Counted from the first letter of the stretch, positions 13,351 through 28,705 are shown. The stretch: 64,000 nt of DNA from Dimorphilus gyrociliatus (GCA_904063045.1 CAJFCJ010000001.1:1612001-1676000); one strand, 5' to 3'. A program made the numbers and translations. Notes: a model not told the origin generated them from the sequence alone.

Positions 13351-14847
13351 CTCCTTATAATTAATTAGTACCGGCTTTCTTTAACTTCTTCAGTTCGATT
13401 GAATTGTGGAACTTTCTCCTATGTTTGCTGCTTGTATTTAGAGAGAGCAGTGTACTGCAGGCCGGTACGTACGGTATGCAACTTTTTGCCCCACCTATGC
13501 CGCAATTTTCTGCAACGAAATTTTGGCTGCTCGTCTGCATCTGATTTTTCGCTATCATACTTTCTTTCTTTCTATCTGTCTAGCTCTCTCTCTCTCCTCC
13601 TCTATCTCTCAATCTTTTTCTTCTCTTTCCCTCCCTTTCTCTCAAAGTCTACAGCTTTTTTATTGTTTCTAGCTCTTCTAACCATAACCTATCTTGATGA
13701 AATTTATTCCATACTTTATTCAGAAAAAGATTGCTTATAGTCACCTCTTCCATTTCAACTTTATACCCAGTTTTCATATTTTTACTCCTCATTATAGTAC
13801 TACATCATAGTATAACATCTATAATACATTTGTAATAGGCCTAGAACAGTTGTAAACAATCGAGAAATTTATTTGTTAGGGTCTAACGTATACTTAATTA
13901 TTTTTTTTTCTTTACGTTTGTTTATATGTTTTCCCGCCATTTTTAATTTTATTGACTATATAAAAAAGATAAAGTATGAAAATTTGTAACATTTTTGAAG
14001 TTTGAAATCTATATATTTATATAAAATATACTTTATATTAGAAAAAGAGATATAAAGTGGGCGAAAGAAATAATTTGTACAAAGATGGAAAAAAAATTTC
14101 TTTACTTTTGTTAAAAATGAATTCCATAGCGGCCTATTCCAACTGTAGAAGGCTCCAAAAATAATATTTTTTGTATACCATTTTAGCTATGAAATAATAT
14201 AATATAAGAATTTTTACCTTGCTCTTGACCTAAATTGTCTCCTTCTTTTATTATCTTTAAATTATTAACTCTTACAGATGAAATTTATTAATAATTATAT
14301 TCTTTTTAAAAGATTAAAGAGAGTAAAATTAAGCCTATAAAGATTTTGGTTACACAATCTAATCATGATGGAGGCACTCAATATAAAGTTATTTTACTTT
14401 TAACAAGACTCTCTACTTGCAGTAGTCAATTTAGTTTCTTTTTTTTGGGGGGGAAGGGGTGTTGGGGGGAATTTGTAGATTTTGTCTAAACTCTTAGTAG
14501 ATTCTTAAGGAGATGAAAACTGAAAGAAAAACATAGAGGAATGGCGAAGAGAGAAAGAGAGCGAGAGAGAGAGAGAGAGAAAGTGAAAAAATTAGGATAG
14601 AAAATATGATCTTTCTTTATTTATAATCAAATAGTAGAAATTTTTTTTATCTTTAAGGAAAATTCTTGAAATTATTAAGAAAAAAAAGGGAAAAAGTTCA
14701 TGAAATAGCTTTACTAGATTTTATTCTCAACTCATTGATAAATTTGTATTTTGACTTGGCCTTTGGCTAAATGATTAGTTTTTCAGGCATCGTTCTAGAT
14801 TACCTCTTGGAAAAGAAAACTTTTGCAATTATGTGCAAAAAGAGAAG

Positions 14848-14849
<2 letters not shown>

Positions 14850-14881
<32 letters not shown>
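14850..14881. repeat. (GA)n microsatellite
   Basis: Pure GA run; similar runs near 14560-14581, 15733-15760, 15920-15950 and 19410-19440. Confidence 0.9.
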
Positions 14882-14884
<3 letters not shown>

Positions 14885-15061
14885 GGGGAGGCGGAAGGGG
14901 AAGAGGGAATTATTTAATAATTAGGCCTATTTTACATTTAAAAAAAAAGAAGATCCTTTGCGAGTAAAAAGAAAATAATTAGATAAATAGTTTTTTAGGT
15001 AAAAGTATAAAATTACTAGTTTATTTCATTTATCACTTTATATTAATCTTTTATTAGTTTG

Positions 15062-15092
<31 letters not shown>

Positions 15093-15731
15093 AAGAATAA
15101 CCTATAAAGTATTTACATTTACTTTTAAACAAATAAGCATAACGATGAGGAATATCATAAAGGTAATGCGCCCTCTATAGGAACATGAAATAGTCAAATA
15201 ACCTGTAAAAGGATTATTAAATAAACTATGGTACCGTTAACCACAAATGATTTTTAGTTCAGATTAATTAATTAAAGTCAACTCCAATTGGGTTGGTAAA
15301 TATGTCCATAAGCTGATTTCTATTTGATCTAATCCCTCTGAATCAATTTTCTATGTCACGAATAATACTTTATTAATTATCTTATTAACTAAGATTTACA
15401 GATTTGCATTCGATATTTTAATTTTGAAGAGATAATCTATTATCAGTACAGTAGAGAAATAGAAATAGAGGCCCAATTTCATGTACAGCATATATAAACA
15501 AAATGTATAAATAATGCAATCATTATAGGTTATTTAGCACCCTAACGCGAGCACAATATTTTTGTTCGTGTTTGTTTGTCCCTATTACTTTCCCTTGTTG
15601 TTAAAAAGGTTAGGGAGAGGGAGAACGGGAGAGGGTGAAACGAGAAAAGGGTAGAGGAAAAAACCTGAGGAAATTTGTTCAATATTCTCTTTTATATGAA
15701 TATCGAAAATATGCGATTAAGGGAATAGGAA

Positions 15732-15765
<34 letters not shown>

Positions 15766-16354
15766 TGGATATAGGGAAAGAGAAATATGCATACCTTTAA
15801 AAGTTTTATGGACATTTTCTAAATTTAACTTTTATATTAGAATATTTTCTTTAATTTAAAATAAAAACAACACATTTGTTCACAATATTCTTTTAATATA
15901 TCTTTTACAATTTTTCTGGCTCTCTCTCTCTCTATCTCTCTCTCTCTCTCAGTCTCTTCTTTTCTAAATTCTATATATATTCCAATATTTTTTTATATTG
16001 AATCAAATTACACTTGTTTAATAATTTACATATCTTTCTTTCCATTTATGAAGATATATAAATGAAGCGTTAAATATTACAGAGGTCAGTCCACTCGATA
16101 TTAGTCTTATCATTTATATATTTTATATACACATGAATCAATTTTTCATTCTGTCAGTTAGGCTGACTTGTAAGTAATTACAGTTTAAGCGCATAAAAAC
16201 CACTTTAATCGTATTAATTGTTTTTTTATATAAATACATTTAATTCGTTATTCAGCCATGTTAGGGTTTTATCTTTTATCAATAATAGAAATGATATTGA
16301 CAAGCTATATCCTGTTTCGAATTAGACACTAGATGGCAAGAGAAAAAGCTGTAG

Positions 16355-16356
16355 AA

Positions 16357-16397
<41 letters not shown>
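16355..16397. repeat. (TA)n microsatellite
   Basis: Pure TA run directly visible. Confidence 0.95.
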
Positions 16398-16401
<4 letters not shown>

Positions 16402-17514
16402 TGTTATTATTATGAAACGTATATAAATAGTAAGAATATCCAAAGAACATACACGACCTAAATTTTTATCCATAATATTTAGGATTATCAGTAATCAATA
16501 TTAAAGAAGAACTTGTCAATTATTAAACAGACAACTATTATATAATTTATATGGATTTCTTTTCTCTTTTTTTTTTGTAACTAATTAAGCTGCATTGTTG
16601 AATTTTTATTAATATTTTTTAATCGGTATCGTTCTTGTTATACACACACGTGTTATATTCTAGTACGTATATTTTCCTTATTCTTCGATCAATGATTAAA
16701 AATTGTCTCTAAAGCAAATAGTCTTTAGTCTTCACCTTTGTTCTTCTCGAACAAAAAACAACTGATAACAGGTTTTTATTCCATTTTTGAATTGGCTGTC
16801 TAAAGATTCAGGTAATTTGCTTTTTTTTTTTTCTATACTATTTAATTGTATTTGAAATTTTGTTTGTTTGTTTGTTTTGTTTTGTTATTTCCTATATAAT
16901 ACTTATACAAGTTTTTTAATTATTCAATTATTTTTTCCATATATATATATATTCTATTAATAGTTTTATAGGGAGAATTTATTTTTAAACTATAATTGCT
17001 TACTATGAAAAATACCAGAAAACAAAAAGAATTGCCTAATTTAGAGGTGATTTGTAGAGAAAGAGATTTTTTTTTTATTCCAAATATAGGCCTACATAAA
17101 TCAAAGGCGTAATCATATATGCACGGCAGCGCCTATGCACCGAAGCATGTAATATCGATGCAATTTTATCGATTCACTCTATATTTCTTGTTATTTGTTC
17201 TTTTACTTATATAGTTGAATATTTATTTATAACCAACAGTTAATCATTCAGTTGCCATAGTGATTTATGGTTTCATCGCCTCTAGTTCAATGAAAGCTGA
17301 TTTATCATAAAGAAATAAAAACAAAACGCTTTTCAAAGAAAATTATATTTTATTAAATTTAAAAGTAAAAACTGTTAAAGTATTTATATTAGCGAAAAGA
17401 GATTCTTTTGAGACTAGTAAAAGATGAAAGATATTCCATGGTAAGCAAATTGAAAAATGAATGATAGTACGATCGAATTTTGTGGGGGTAGACAGAGGGA
17501 GATAGAGAGAAAAA

Positions 17515-17596
17515 GAGAAAGAGAGACAGAGAGAGAGAGAGCGCAAACGAGAGAAAGAGAGACAGAGAGAGAGAGAGCGCAAACGAGAGAAAGAGA
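17515..17596. repeat. Tandem repeat of an approximately 35-bp GA-rich unit ending in GCGCAAAC, about 2.3 copies
   Basis: gagaaagagagacagagagagagagagcgcaaac is repeated. Confidence 0.8.
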
Positions 17597-19406
17597 AATA
17601 AAAGTTAGGAACGAGTAGAGTAGGATGTAAAGAGGCGGGTAAGATGTTTGGGTGTGGGCGATTACAATAAGCTTATTTACATATATGCGCATGTTCTTAC
17701 ATTTTACGTGTTTGCGTATAGTGTATATGTTAGATGTATGATATATAAATTTATACGTATACACATATGCACGAAAATATTCTTATTCTTTGTTTGTACT
17801 CGTATTAAGACTTCGCCTACCTGTGTGTATTTGTATGCAAACGCGTGCGTATACACGCTTTTTTTATACGTTTGAGTGTGGGCGATCTAAGGAAAAGGAA
17901 AGGAAGAAAGAAATGTCTTTCGTTTTCGATTTCCGTTTTGCGTTATGGTTTTATTGCAATTGCATAAATTAAGAGAAAATGGAATTCGATGTTTTTGATG
18001 ACTGAACGATAAAAAAGAAAGAGACAGAGGTTGAGAGAAAACTAGGAAGGAAGTCTAGCTCTAAAAGAGAATTGTCTGTTGGCTAGCTAATTTAGTGTTG
18101 CTTTTAGACGTCATCACACTCCTATTGAACCGTAAAACGTCCTTCTTTCATTGTACGCTAGCAACGTTCCTTCAGTAGCGTCTTTTGGTTTATTATTTTT
18201 TGCTTCCTTCATTGAAGCTTTGTAAACATCAATCTATGAAAAACCATGTACATGTGTATATCTATAAATACGTCTACTGTATATATATATATATATATGT
18301 ACATTGGTAAAATTCTATTCCCATTATATACGAATTATCTCTTCCGGCGTAATAATTATAAGTGAGTTGTAGTATTTTGTTTTGGTACTTTCTTCCATTT
18401 GAGCTATTAATCCTATTATACAACGACGGAAGTTCTGCACAAAACGAGACAAGTACGCATTCCTTAGGCAAACATTGCTCTCTAATACGGTGGAGAATCG
18501 TCTATACAAAGGAATGACAAACAAGGCAGTTTATCAGCCGTAATTTATTTGACAAGAACAGACAAGTGGCGCGTAAGAAACGTCACGTGTTGGACTCTAC
18601 TCAGTTTATAATTTTTTCAAGCAAAGTCATTTTTTTTGTTTATTTTTATTTCCTAAAAGTAACGCCTTTTGTAACAAGGAATCTTAATTAACTGGAAAAT
18701 CCCCTTTTTTCGTTTAGTTAGATGAAAAGAAAACTGTATATATATACTGCAAATCTGTAAATAAGTACATATTTGAGTGTCCGTGCTTATAGTTGTTTTA
18801 TGGTCGGAATATATCTCTATTTATATACTTTATACAGTTTATATATGGAATAGCTCACATACAAATGAAACTAGTTCTCTGACGTCATGTCCATCCGTCT
18901 TTGTAGATGTCACGTGAGGTTTTTTTAGTCGACTCAATGTAAACTTGGTTGCCACATTCTTAGCTTGTGTCTACAAATGAGGGAAAGCAGTTTTCCCTTT
19001 GTCACCTTCCTTATATTGAATAATCGGTTTCGCGTAAACTTTACTAAAAAAATGCTGACAACTTTTGAAAAGTTAGAAGGATCTGGTAAGAAAAGTTATT
19101 AATTAGGAGAAAGGCAGGAACAGTAGTGATTAAATGGATAAAGAGTATAGTACTCAATGAATTACATACTTTAGCCTCATTTCTCCTTTTTCAAGTTTTT
19201 TTCCTCTATTTATTTTTTTATCTTTCTATTAATCTGACTAGAAAAAGTCTTATCCCTTTTTTCCTTGTTTTTTTTTTAAACCTCGTAACGCTCCGCTATT
19301 CTCTTTCTTACTTTTACTCCTCTCCTCAATCCCCTAGCCTTAGACCCTCTCCTAAATTTTCTTTTTCTCTCGCTCTCTTTTTTTATTTATCTTTTTTGTC
19401 CCTTTT

Positions 19407-19441
<35 letters not shown>

Positions 19442-20171
19442 TTTTCTTTCTGTCTCTCTCACACCAAACACGCAAAGATCATTAGAACGTCAATGAAAAA
19501 TCTATAAAGCCTATCGATATTCTTCTTTTTATTCGAGTCGCTGGCCCGAGACAACTTTCCTCCGCATTTTCAATAATCAACAGTGTCGACCGGAAACGAG
19601 CGTTTGTGGCGACGGCGTCTGCGCTAGGAAGTCAGTCTGACATGTTCCCATTGATTTTTCTCATATCGATTTTAGTCGTTTCCTTTTTTACGCTCTGTCG
19701 AAATTGCTTTGATGCATGTGGAAAATTACGAAGGAGTTTCAGTTCGTTTAGATAGGCTTATTTTAAGCGTCTTGTCTGTTCCCTTTTTCTTCGTAAAACA
19801 CTATTAATAACTTTGGATGATATGAAAGAAAGTGTGAGGAAATGTCCTCTTAGTTTTGATATAGCGAATTTAAAACTATGTCCCGATATGAAGAGAGTTT
19901 TAATTGCCAACGAGTTGGTTTTAATAGGATTTGTCAGAAATTCTTGACGCTTAATCGAACAGTTTTGATTGGATATTAGCAAATTAAGTATAACGTAAAT
20001 ATCTTAGGAGATGAACGAAAGCCTACAAACGTAAAGTGTAAATTTTATGTAAGACGATCTTCATTAAGCTTTATATTTACAGTTGGTTTGATTTCAAATC
20101 AGGACATTGTAAAGCTAATGAAGAGGAAGAGAAAATATATACATGTTCTATTATAATAGTTTTTTTTCGGA

Positions 20172-20215
20172 ATGGGCGGGGGCGGGGACTAGTGTGAAGG
20201 ATATATATAACTGGG
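20172..20215 (+). promoter_or_regulatory. Putative core promoter: tandem GC boxes (GGGCGGGGCGGGG) followed by a TATA-like element
   Basis: tgggcggggcgggg at about 20173-20187, gatatatataac about 15 bp downstream and a CCAAT near 20296. No ORF is assigned downstream. Confidence 0.35.
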
Positions 20216-23200
20216 AGCAAAAGGATACATCATACAAACGGCGTCTTTAAGGAAAGAACGCCCAACAACTAGTCGTTTTAGATAATCAACTTAGCCAATG
20301 CGTGTAATTTTATCAAGTTATCGATTTCCAAGGCGACCGGCTTAACTGGAGTCAGCTCTTTATCCCATCAATGCTCGCTTTATTCACTGTCACTTTCAAT
20401 TTTCCTCCTTCTGTTCCACTTGTTTTTTTTTAACTGTCTCCGGCATCTTTTACTTAATCCGCCTCCCTTTCACCCTCTTTGACTCGCGACCGTCGTCTCA
20501 CGCCCTGTCAAACTTGTTGAACGGAAAAAGAGAAAGTCCCTTGACTTTTTCTCCATTCTCTCCTAATATAACTTATATAAATAGGAATAATTAAAACATC
20601 TTTAATTTTATTTTGGCGCAACTCAAAATGTAATTCAAAGCCAGAATATTTTACTGAGGAGTAGGTGGCGCTTTTATAATTTATCCATCCTTACATCCAT
20701 TGCTGATTGCAGGACTATAAAGGAAACTCCTTCGTCATTTATGGAGGATAAAGAAATTATAATTGAATTAAATTAGTGAGTAGTGATAAGTTTCTTTACA
20801 ATAGTTCAATAATTTTTTTGTGAAATTTTTCAAGATTATTGTCATTTTGCGCGTGTTTTCGCATCTTTTCCCCTCTTTTCCAATCTGAAAAACGACGTAG
20901 ACGTTTTATTAGCATAATTAGGCTGTTGGCGTGGAGTTGAGTTTTCCCAACGATAAAGAAAAAGCTAGGATGAATAAAGCATCGAGGGGAAAAATGGGCT
21001 TTGATTAAGACCGTGACAACAGCATCTATAATGCAGTGTCGTATTTTGTAGATCATTAAACGCTATTCCTTTTATTAAACACTCATTAAAATAAGTCTCG
21101 AAGTAGTTAAAACAGTAAAGGGGGGAGTTTTCTTCTCTTTTCTTCTTAAAGTAGGAGTATAGAACAAGGAGAAAATGAAAAGTTGAATCGGAAAAGAAAG
21201 CGACTAGATTATTAAGCCTACCTTGCTCAAATTTCGTCAAATCTGGACATCATAAAATTTTAACAGGACTCTAATTTGTTTTAAGGAAAACATTCCTAAA
21301 ATATCTTTAGGTTACTAAAAGTTGTTTAATTATTATTTATCCAATGTAAAGAGACATAGGTAAAGTAATTAAGCAGCATATAAGACGTTACAAACAAGAC
21401 TGAGTGTCTGTTTGCAGAAGAGAATGTTTGTTATAGGACATACTCATCTATCAACGACATTTTTCCTGTACTGAAGCCTCTGGGCTGTCGCAAATAGATT
21501 TTTGCAATTTTTTATTGGCAACGTCGATTTTTTTTCTTGCTTCCAGTCTAAAATTTTTGAAAATGATTGTTCCACGTAGCTTTTACAGAAGCTAAAGTCA
21601 TCTTTTGGTCGATATTTCGTAACCTCGGGTAATAATTAACAACCTGATTACGAGGAGAAATTTAGAGGCTATTCGTCTAAGTTCTATGCAATTGCTAGTT
21701 GAATTTCAAGTACGTACGATTGATTACTGATTTTTTTTAATAAATATGACGTCACATACACTCGAAAGCGTTTTCTACGTTCCTACTCGAACTTTGACAA
21801 TTGCGACGTTCTTTGTAGAGGTCATAAATACCGTATTCGATTGTTGTAAATAGTTTATTAAGTCAAAAGTGTTACTCTCCATCATTTTCTACTTCCTGTC
21901 AATTTTTATTTGGACGGATAGGCAAAAGAAAAATGAAATTTGTGAGTCGCAACCATAATCGACATTTCGTAAGTCTGAAGAGGCGTCGATAGAGTGACGC
22001 CTGGTTCGCACCGACTTAACCCTGTACACATTGATCACCGACTTAATGATGAATGTTTATAAGATTAAACTTATATTTAGTGGCGCGTAGTACATTTGAA
22101 CGTACGATCAATTCCTTCGAATGGGCTTGAGCCTATTAGTTTCCAATAATACTCATTAATTACGGTTCTTTAAATGGATAAAGAATTTGATGGAGGACAG
22201 CTGCCGTTCTTTATTTATAAACATTAAAACTCAAATAAATTATATAAGAACAGTCTTTCCGTCCTAATTTATTAAGAAGATTGAGACAAATAAAGTATGC
22301 AAAGTATTCATGACGTCAAACGGCTAAGACTCCTGAGAGAGAGGGGCTTTGCAAATCACCCGTCGGTCGCTTACTATTTATGGAAGAGCATATTAACTTT
22401 TCGCTAATTAGATTACGAGATATAAATAAATAATTGGCCAATAAACGGCGATTTTCACTTATTTTAGCAATTCTTCCATGTCTTATAAAAAACACTAATA
22501 ACAACTAATTAATTTGCATAATACAGTTATGAATGACAATACACTGAAAAAAAAACTATTATAGCTGGCCAGTTACGTATTCAATAGATCAGAGTTATAG
22601 ATTTCTCTCATTAAAAGTCAATACTCAGGCTCATACATAGTCTATAATAAGAAAATAATGGGTAACCATCAAAGTAGAACTGTATTAAACTCTTCCTCTT
22701 CTCCTTAACGAAATCAATTATTCAATGAGGTAGTTTTTTTATATTTCGAGATCATACTTCTAGTTGATTAGTTATTATGAATATGTATAAGTCTGATTAA
22801 TTAGTAAAACTCTTAATGAACTATTGTATTGAGTAAACAAATACTGTCTTATAAAAGCAAAAACAAGAGAACTTATGTTTAAAATTTCACACACTCAATC
22901 TGTCAAATAAGTGAAACGCCTTAGAAGGCAGGATATCGTATTTCTCGCAAATTATTGCTGAAAATTGACTTTATCACTATGGTATTTTATGTAGTAATTT
23001 CTGTTAACAAATAACGAAATAAAAGAAAAACACAAATGGGTGAATAATTCTTTTGCTTTTGTATCTTCCTCTTTTTACGCTTATTATCTTTGTTCCCTGG
23101 TTTTATTATTATTATTATATTTTTTTTTCGTTTCCCACTGTTCCATCATTTCTCTCAACGCCTCTCCCACGAAGTGATGTAGTCGACTCATTTTCCATTA

Positions 23201-24605
23201 ATAAATCGAATAGACTCTCGATGATATGGTATCATTAGCGAGTTGGTTTTTTTTTATTACTATTCTACTTTTATTTTAAAAAAAAAAAGAAGTTGTATAC
23301 AAGTTCAGAATAAGAATTTGTAACCATCCGAAATCGAAGGCAATCGACTGGGACACATCAAGTACGGAAGAGGCCATTCTATTGGTACTTGAAAAACGTC
23401 TAGGGTAATGCGATTTGTCTAATCTAGGGAGATCAATTTTTTCCATATCGTATTTTGTATTTATTAGTAATCTATAGGAACTCATAGATGGTAATATAGA
23501 AAACGCCTTCACTAAATAAATGTTATATTTAAGATGGAAGAAATCCCCATCTAATTTTAATACTATTAGTAAAATAGGCTTAAGTATGTTTCGTTCCTTT
23601 CTCTTTGTTTTTTTGTTTTTTACTATTACTAACAAGAAATCTTGTTAAGGTGAGAGAAGTGAAAGAGCAAAAATGGAAAGCGACATGTAGACAGACAGAT
23701 AGACACATTCACACTAGCATTTTAACCAGCAAACGGAGAAAGTGACATGAGTGAGTGAGTGAGTGAGCTGAGTTAGTGGGTAAGGGAGGCAAGAAAGAGG
23801 GCGAGAGAGAGAGAAAAGTAAATGGTATGTGAGGGAGGAAAGACAATGAGGATTAGGGGTGAATTGGAGCACGTACAAGACAAGTAGCGATAGTTATAAG
23901 GAAGGGAGTATTAATTTTCCCCTGGATTCTCCTCATTTCGGAGCAAATACATTTTCTTAATCGATTTGTCTTTAATATAAGAAGGAAATGGTCACATATA
24001 TACTAATCAATTATCCTATTATAAGAGCTATGCCCGTAGCAGAAAAGTGAAAAATCAATCTAGTTTCAGGTATATAAATCGACTGAATCCAGTTTCTCAA
24101 TGTCTATTTAATTGAGCTCTTGAAGCAAGGCTAACGATCCAATTATTTCTACGCATAAGGGAATCATTCGACTATTTACGAAAAGAAAAAAATAGAATAT
24201 ACGCCTATAATTTTCAAACGACACGCACCTATGTAAAAATATAGCCGCCTCAATCACGCAATATTTAATCCTAGTACACCGACTGTTCTACCGTGTACCA
24301 TACCTATATCCCCTTTCTACATAATCTACCGTAGTCCTAAAAGCTCTGAGTCTTTTTTCGGATGAAATTTTCTTGAGGAAAGTATTTCGTCGAGTAGAAG
24401 AATAATCAATAATACCATTCCCTTTCCACCTTGTCTTCCTAGTTTTCTTTTTTTTTCATTCTATGAACTATCATTTTATCTTTTGTTACTCAGTGAAGAA
24501 TATTAGTTGATTCTCATAGAATTGCGAATAGGTTAATGAATCCAATCGATTGAGGAGAAGTGTAAAGTTCATTAGTTCTCTCTTTCTCTCTCTTCATCAA
24601 TCTGC

Positions 24606-24637
<32 letters not shown>

Positions 24638-26536
24638 TAGTTCACCTATCCTAATCTTCCATACTATTTTATCTTCATTAAGTCTTATGAAGGTAAACAA
24701 TGTTTGTTTTTTGACAAATTTATCTCAAAGTTTTATTATCTCTTTAATAGATTTTGCACTTGAGTTATCAAATAATTTCATATTGATTTTCAAAATAAAA
24801 AACCTTAGATATCGTTTTTTATAATATATCTATCGGTTTATCATTTGAAATATATACTTTTTATTATTTTATTCCTCTACTCTTCTTCTCTTTCTCATAT
24901 TTATCCTTTTAGGAATTCATCATTCCCTACAACATACATTGGTACTTATATACAATATATATATATATATATCGAGAAGATGATAAATATAGGCTGTATT
25001 GATCAAATACAAAAGGCAATTTATGATTTTTCTTTATATATGTAGTACTTTTTTTATACCTGCTGTTATAAATGATAATTAACGGGTTTTTTGTAGTTTT
25101 ATCACGAATTTTCAATTGTACTTTATTTTGGGATAAAAAATGTCGTGCTTAGCATCAATTAAACTTTGATTAGTTTCGGTCAAAAAGTTACAAAAGAGAG
25201 ATTTTATTAAAATTCAATCTAAAAGTTTATTCTACAGGCATTTATTTATAAAACCACGTTTACTAAAATCTTCTTGACTTTTTGCGTGCGCAAAGAGAAA
25301 GGGGGATTAATGGGACAGTGTTTCTCGTCATTAGACGATGTCTCCGGGGTGTTTAGAGAGTAAAAATACAATACTTTTGTAGTAAACACTTCTTAGCGGT
25401 ATTTACCAATTTGAAACTATAAGGATAGTCTTTTCTTCGCAAGATTTTAAGACTGGAAAAGTACAAGGCTGTTGAAATTGGGAATATTTTTTAAAGACTT
25501 TCACAACTAGCAGATGAATTACTTCGTGAGGAATAGAAAGAGGACAGAAATAATAAAATAATAGAATCTATAAAAGTGTTTAAAATAGAGAGATTAACCA
25601 ATTGTTCTTTAAGCAGTGTTATCGTAAGGTTAGTCCCATGGGTCTTTGAATTAAGCAAAAGCAGATGGTCAGCCAGAAAAGAGATAATTTCTATTGGGTT
25701 ATATTAAAATCTATGAAAACGTTAATTTTATATTATTGCGTGGTATATCGGTAGAGATTTTTAAACTTGTGTGAGCTGATATTCTTAATTAAACTATGTT
25801 TGAAGCACGTAGAAGGCATAGCTGTACATCCTATTTGGATCAACTTTATGGACAAACCTCTAGTGTATGAGGATATTTTGTTATATGAATACTAAAAATT
25901 CTCGGTTTAGAAATCTATTTATCATAAATTATATTACTAGCCATTTTTTTTTGTTTGGCACTACAAAACCTTGAATTGAATATTTCCAATTTTCTCTTCT
26001 CTCTCTTCTCTCTATGCTCCAAAAAAAAAAAAAAAAAAGTCCTAGATTAAAGATGAAGGTGTATATACTGTATATATTAATATATAGATAAACGAACACT
26101 TCGTCCATCGCAGCGTTTTAGTATAAATTGTTCCTTTTTATATATTATAGAACAATGAAAATGCGAATTAATACTATAGAAACGCCGTCTAAAAACAAAG
26201 AAGACGCTTAGAAATGTATATTTTTGTAAAAAAAAAGAGAAAAAAAAATAGTTTCGTCTATTATTACAAATGTTAAAAATAGCTTTTTCTCTCTTTTTGT
26301 CATTGTTTTGGGAAAGGAGAGAAATTTTTTTCTTTTATCTTTTTAACTATTTGTTGTTAGGTATCATTATTGTGAATTGTGACGCCTTGTTCTATTAGCT
26401 ACTTATTAATGTATTAAAAGTTGGATTTATCTGATTTTTTTTATAGCTTATATATTTTAAATAAAAACTACGTGTACAACCTTTGTAAATATCAATTTGT
26501 GATTTTATTTTTACAGGTACAACATTTTAGACGAAA

Positions 26537-28529
26537 ATGTCTGTTAACGTGGCCGGTATTATAGCTATAGTTGTCTTCTATCTTCTTATTCTTCTTGTTG
26601 GATTATGGGCTGCTAGAAAATCTAAGGGAGCAGGAACATCTGACGATGGTACGACAGAGAGTGAGGACGTTATGTTGGCAGGGAGAAATATTGGAATGCT
26701 TGTTGGAGTGTTCACAATGACTGGTAAGTGGAAGTTATTAGATGGTTTATTTTCCACTTGCTGCCTTCAGGCGTGTTATAACTTACTACATAGAGCATTT
26801 TTTTAAAAAAACTCACTCTATCATTTATCTTTTATCTATTTTATAACTATAACGTCTCTCTAAATGCTAACGCCATCTTTTAGCCACCTGGGTTGGAGGA
26901 GGTTATATCAACGGAACCTCCGAAATAATTTACAATTCTGGCTTGGTGTGGTGTCAGGCCCCGTTTGGTTATGCTATAAGTCTCGTTTTCGGTTAGGAAT
27001 TTTATTTATTAAGCATTTAATAACAATTTACATAAAAAAATAATTATATCAATGCAGGCGGACTGTTCTTTGCTAGCAAGATGAGAACTGAGGGATACGT
27101 AACCATGTTGGATCCATTTCAAAGAAAGTATGGTGAAAGAATGGGTGGTCTTTTGTATATTCCAGCCTTACTTGGTGAGGTCTTTTGGTCTGCAGCCATC
27201 TTATCCGCTCTCGGAGCAACATTGTCAGTAATAATTCAAATTAACAATGAGACATCAGTTATCGTCTCAGCCTGTATTGCTGTTGCGTATACGCTGTTTG
27301 GTGGATTATATTCGGTGGCGTACACCGATGTAGTTCAGCTATTCTGCATCTTTGTAGGTCTATGGTTGTCTGTTCCATTCGCAATGTCAAATGAACTCAC
27401 TCAACCAATAGCCAATACAACAAGCGCCTGGGTTGGAAAGGTTGAAACTGAAGATGTTGGCATGTGGATTGATCAGGGCTTATTATTGATATTTGGAGGT
27501 ATACCATGGCAGGTATATTTCCAGAGAGTTTTGTCCTCAAAGAGCGCCTTACGGGCTCAAATTCTCTCTTACGTTGCTGCTTTTGGATGCTTGATTATGG
27601 CTATTCCAGCTGTTCTTATAGGAGCAGTAGCCTATTCCACAGATTGGAATAAGACAACTTACGAAGGTACTCTAGTGCCCGGAGAGAGGCAAATACCGCA
27701 AAATGATCAAAAATTGATTTTACCTCTAGTCCTCCAATATCTTTGCCCTAGTTGGGTATCTTTCATCGGTCTGGGAGCGATTAGTGCAGCCGTCATGTCG
27801 TCTGCTGATTCATCTATATTGTCGGCTTCGTCAATGTTCGCAAGGAATGTTTATAAGTTGATTTTTAGGCAAAAAGCATCCGAAAGAGAAATAATATGGG
27901 TAATGAGAGTTTCCATTTTTGGTGTTGGTGCCCTGGCAACCGTCATGGGAATTACTATTCAAACTATCTATGGATTATGGTATTTATGCGCTGATTTGGT
28001 CTATGTTGTTCTATTTCCGCAACTAGTCTCCGTGGTGTATTTGGAAGGTACAAACACGTACGGTTCATTGGCAGGATATATATTTGGTCTATTCTTCCGT
28101 TTAATGGGCGGTGAAAAAATTATCGGTTTAAAACCAGCTATAAAATTCCCCGGTTATAACGAGGACGATAATGTGCAAAGATTCCCTTTTAAAACTTTAT
28201 CGATGCTGCTGTCGTTCCTGTTTATAATCGGCGTCTCCTATCCAACAAAATTTTTGTTTGAGAAAGGCATCTTGCCAAAGCACTACGATGTCTTTCGATG
28301 CGTTGTTAATATACCAGATGAACATATAGCATTAAAGGAGGCAGGTTCAACAGGCGAAATGTCCTTACTTGGAGTCAAAGGACCAAACGGTGAGATCAAT
28401 CCAGCTTTGAAATTTTCCAAGGATGACCTACTCAATCCTACAGCTCGCATGCTTGTCAATAATGATCAAAATGAAACTGTGAGTGACAAACCCCCAACAC
28501 CCCCACCGCCGTTTAAAGCTGCCGATTAA
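26537..28529 (+). CDS. SLC5A7: High-affinity choline transporter (CHT1), 3 coding exons
   Basis: [17 protein letters not shown]|[54 protein letters not shown] and [10 protein letters not shown]. Exons 26537-26723, 26884-26991 and 27058-28529. Confidence 0.97.
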
Positions 28530-28704
28530 AACTAAAAAGTTATAAAAAAAAAAACATTAATAATAATGGCAAATAATATCAATAATACTAATAATTAATT
28601 ATAATTGTAAACACAATAATTAATATTACTGTTAGTAAGTATAAAGGAAATTTTAACCATTTGTAACGTATATGCAAACAATATATGTTACATAGCTGAT
28701 AGCG

Positions 28705-28705
<1 letters not shown>

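Noticed and set aside
19480-21240. Short ORFs on both strands, including a minus-strand frame broken by single stops
   Set aside because: No homology recognised and no consistent exon structure; covered under the gene-free region finding.
21990-22050. GGTTCG motif suggesting a tRNA T-loop
   Set aside because: No cloverleaf, acceptor stem or A-box could be formed.
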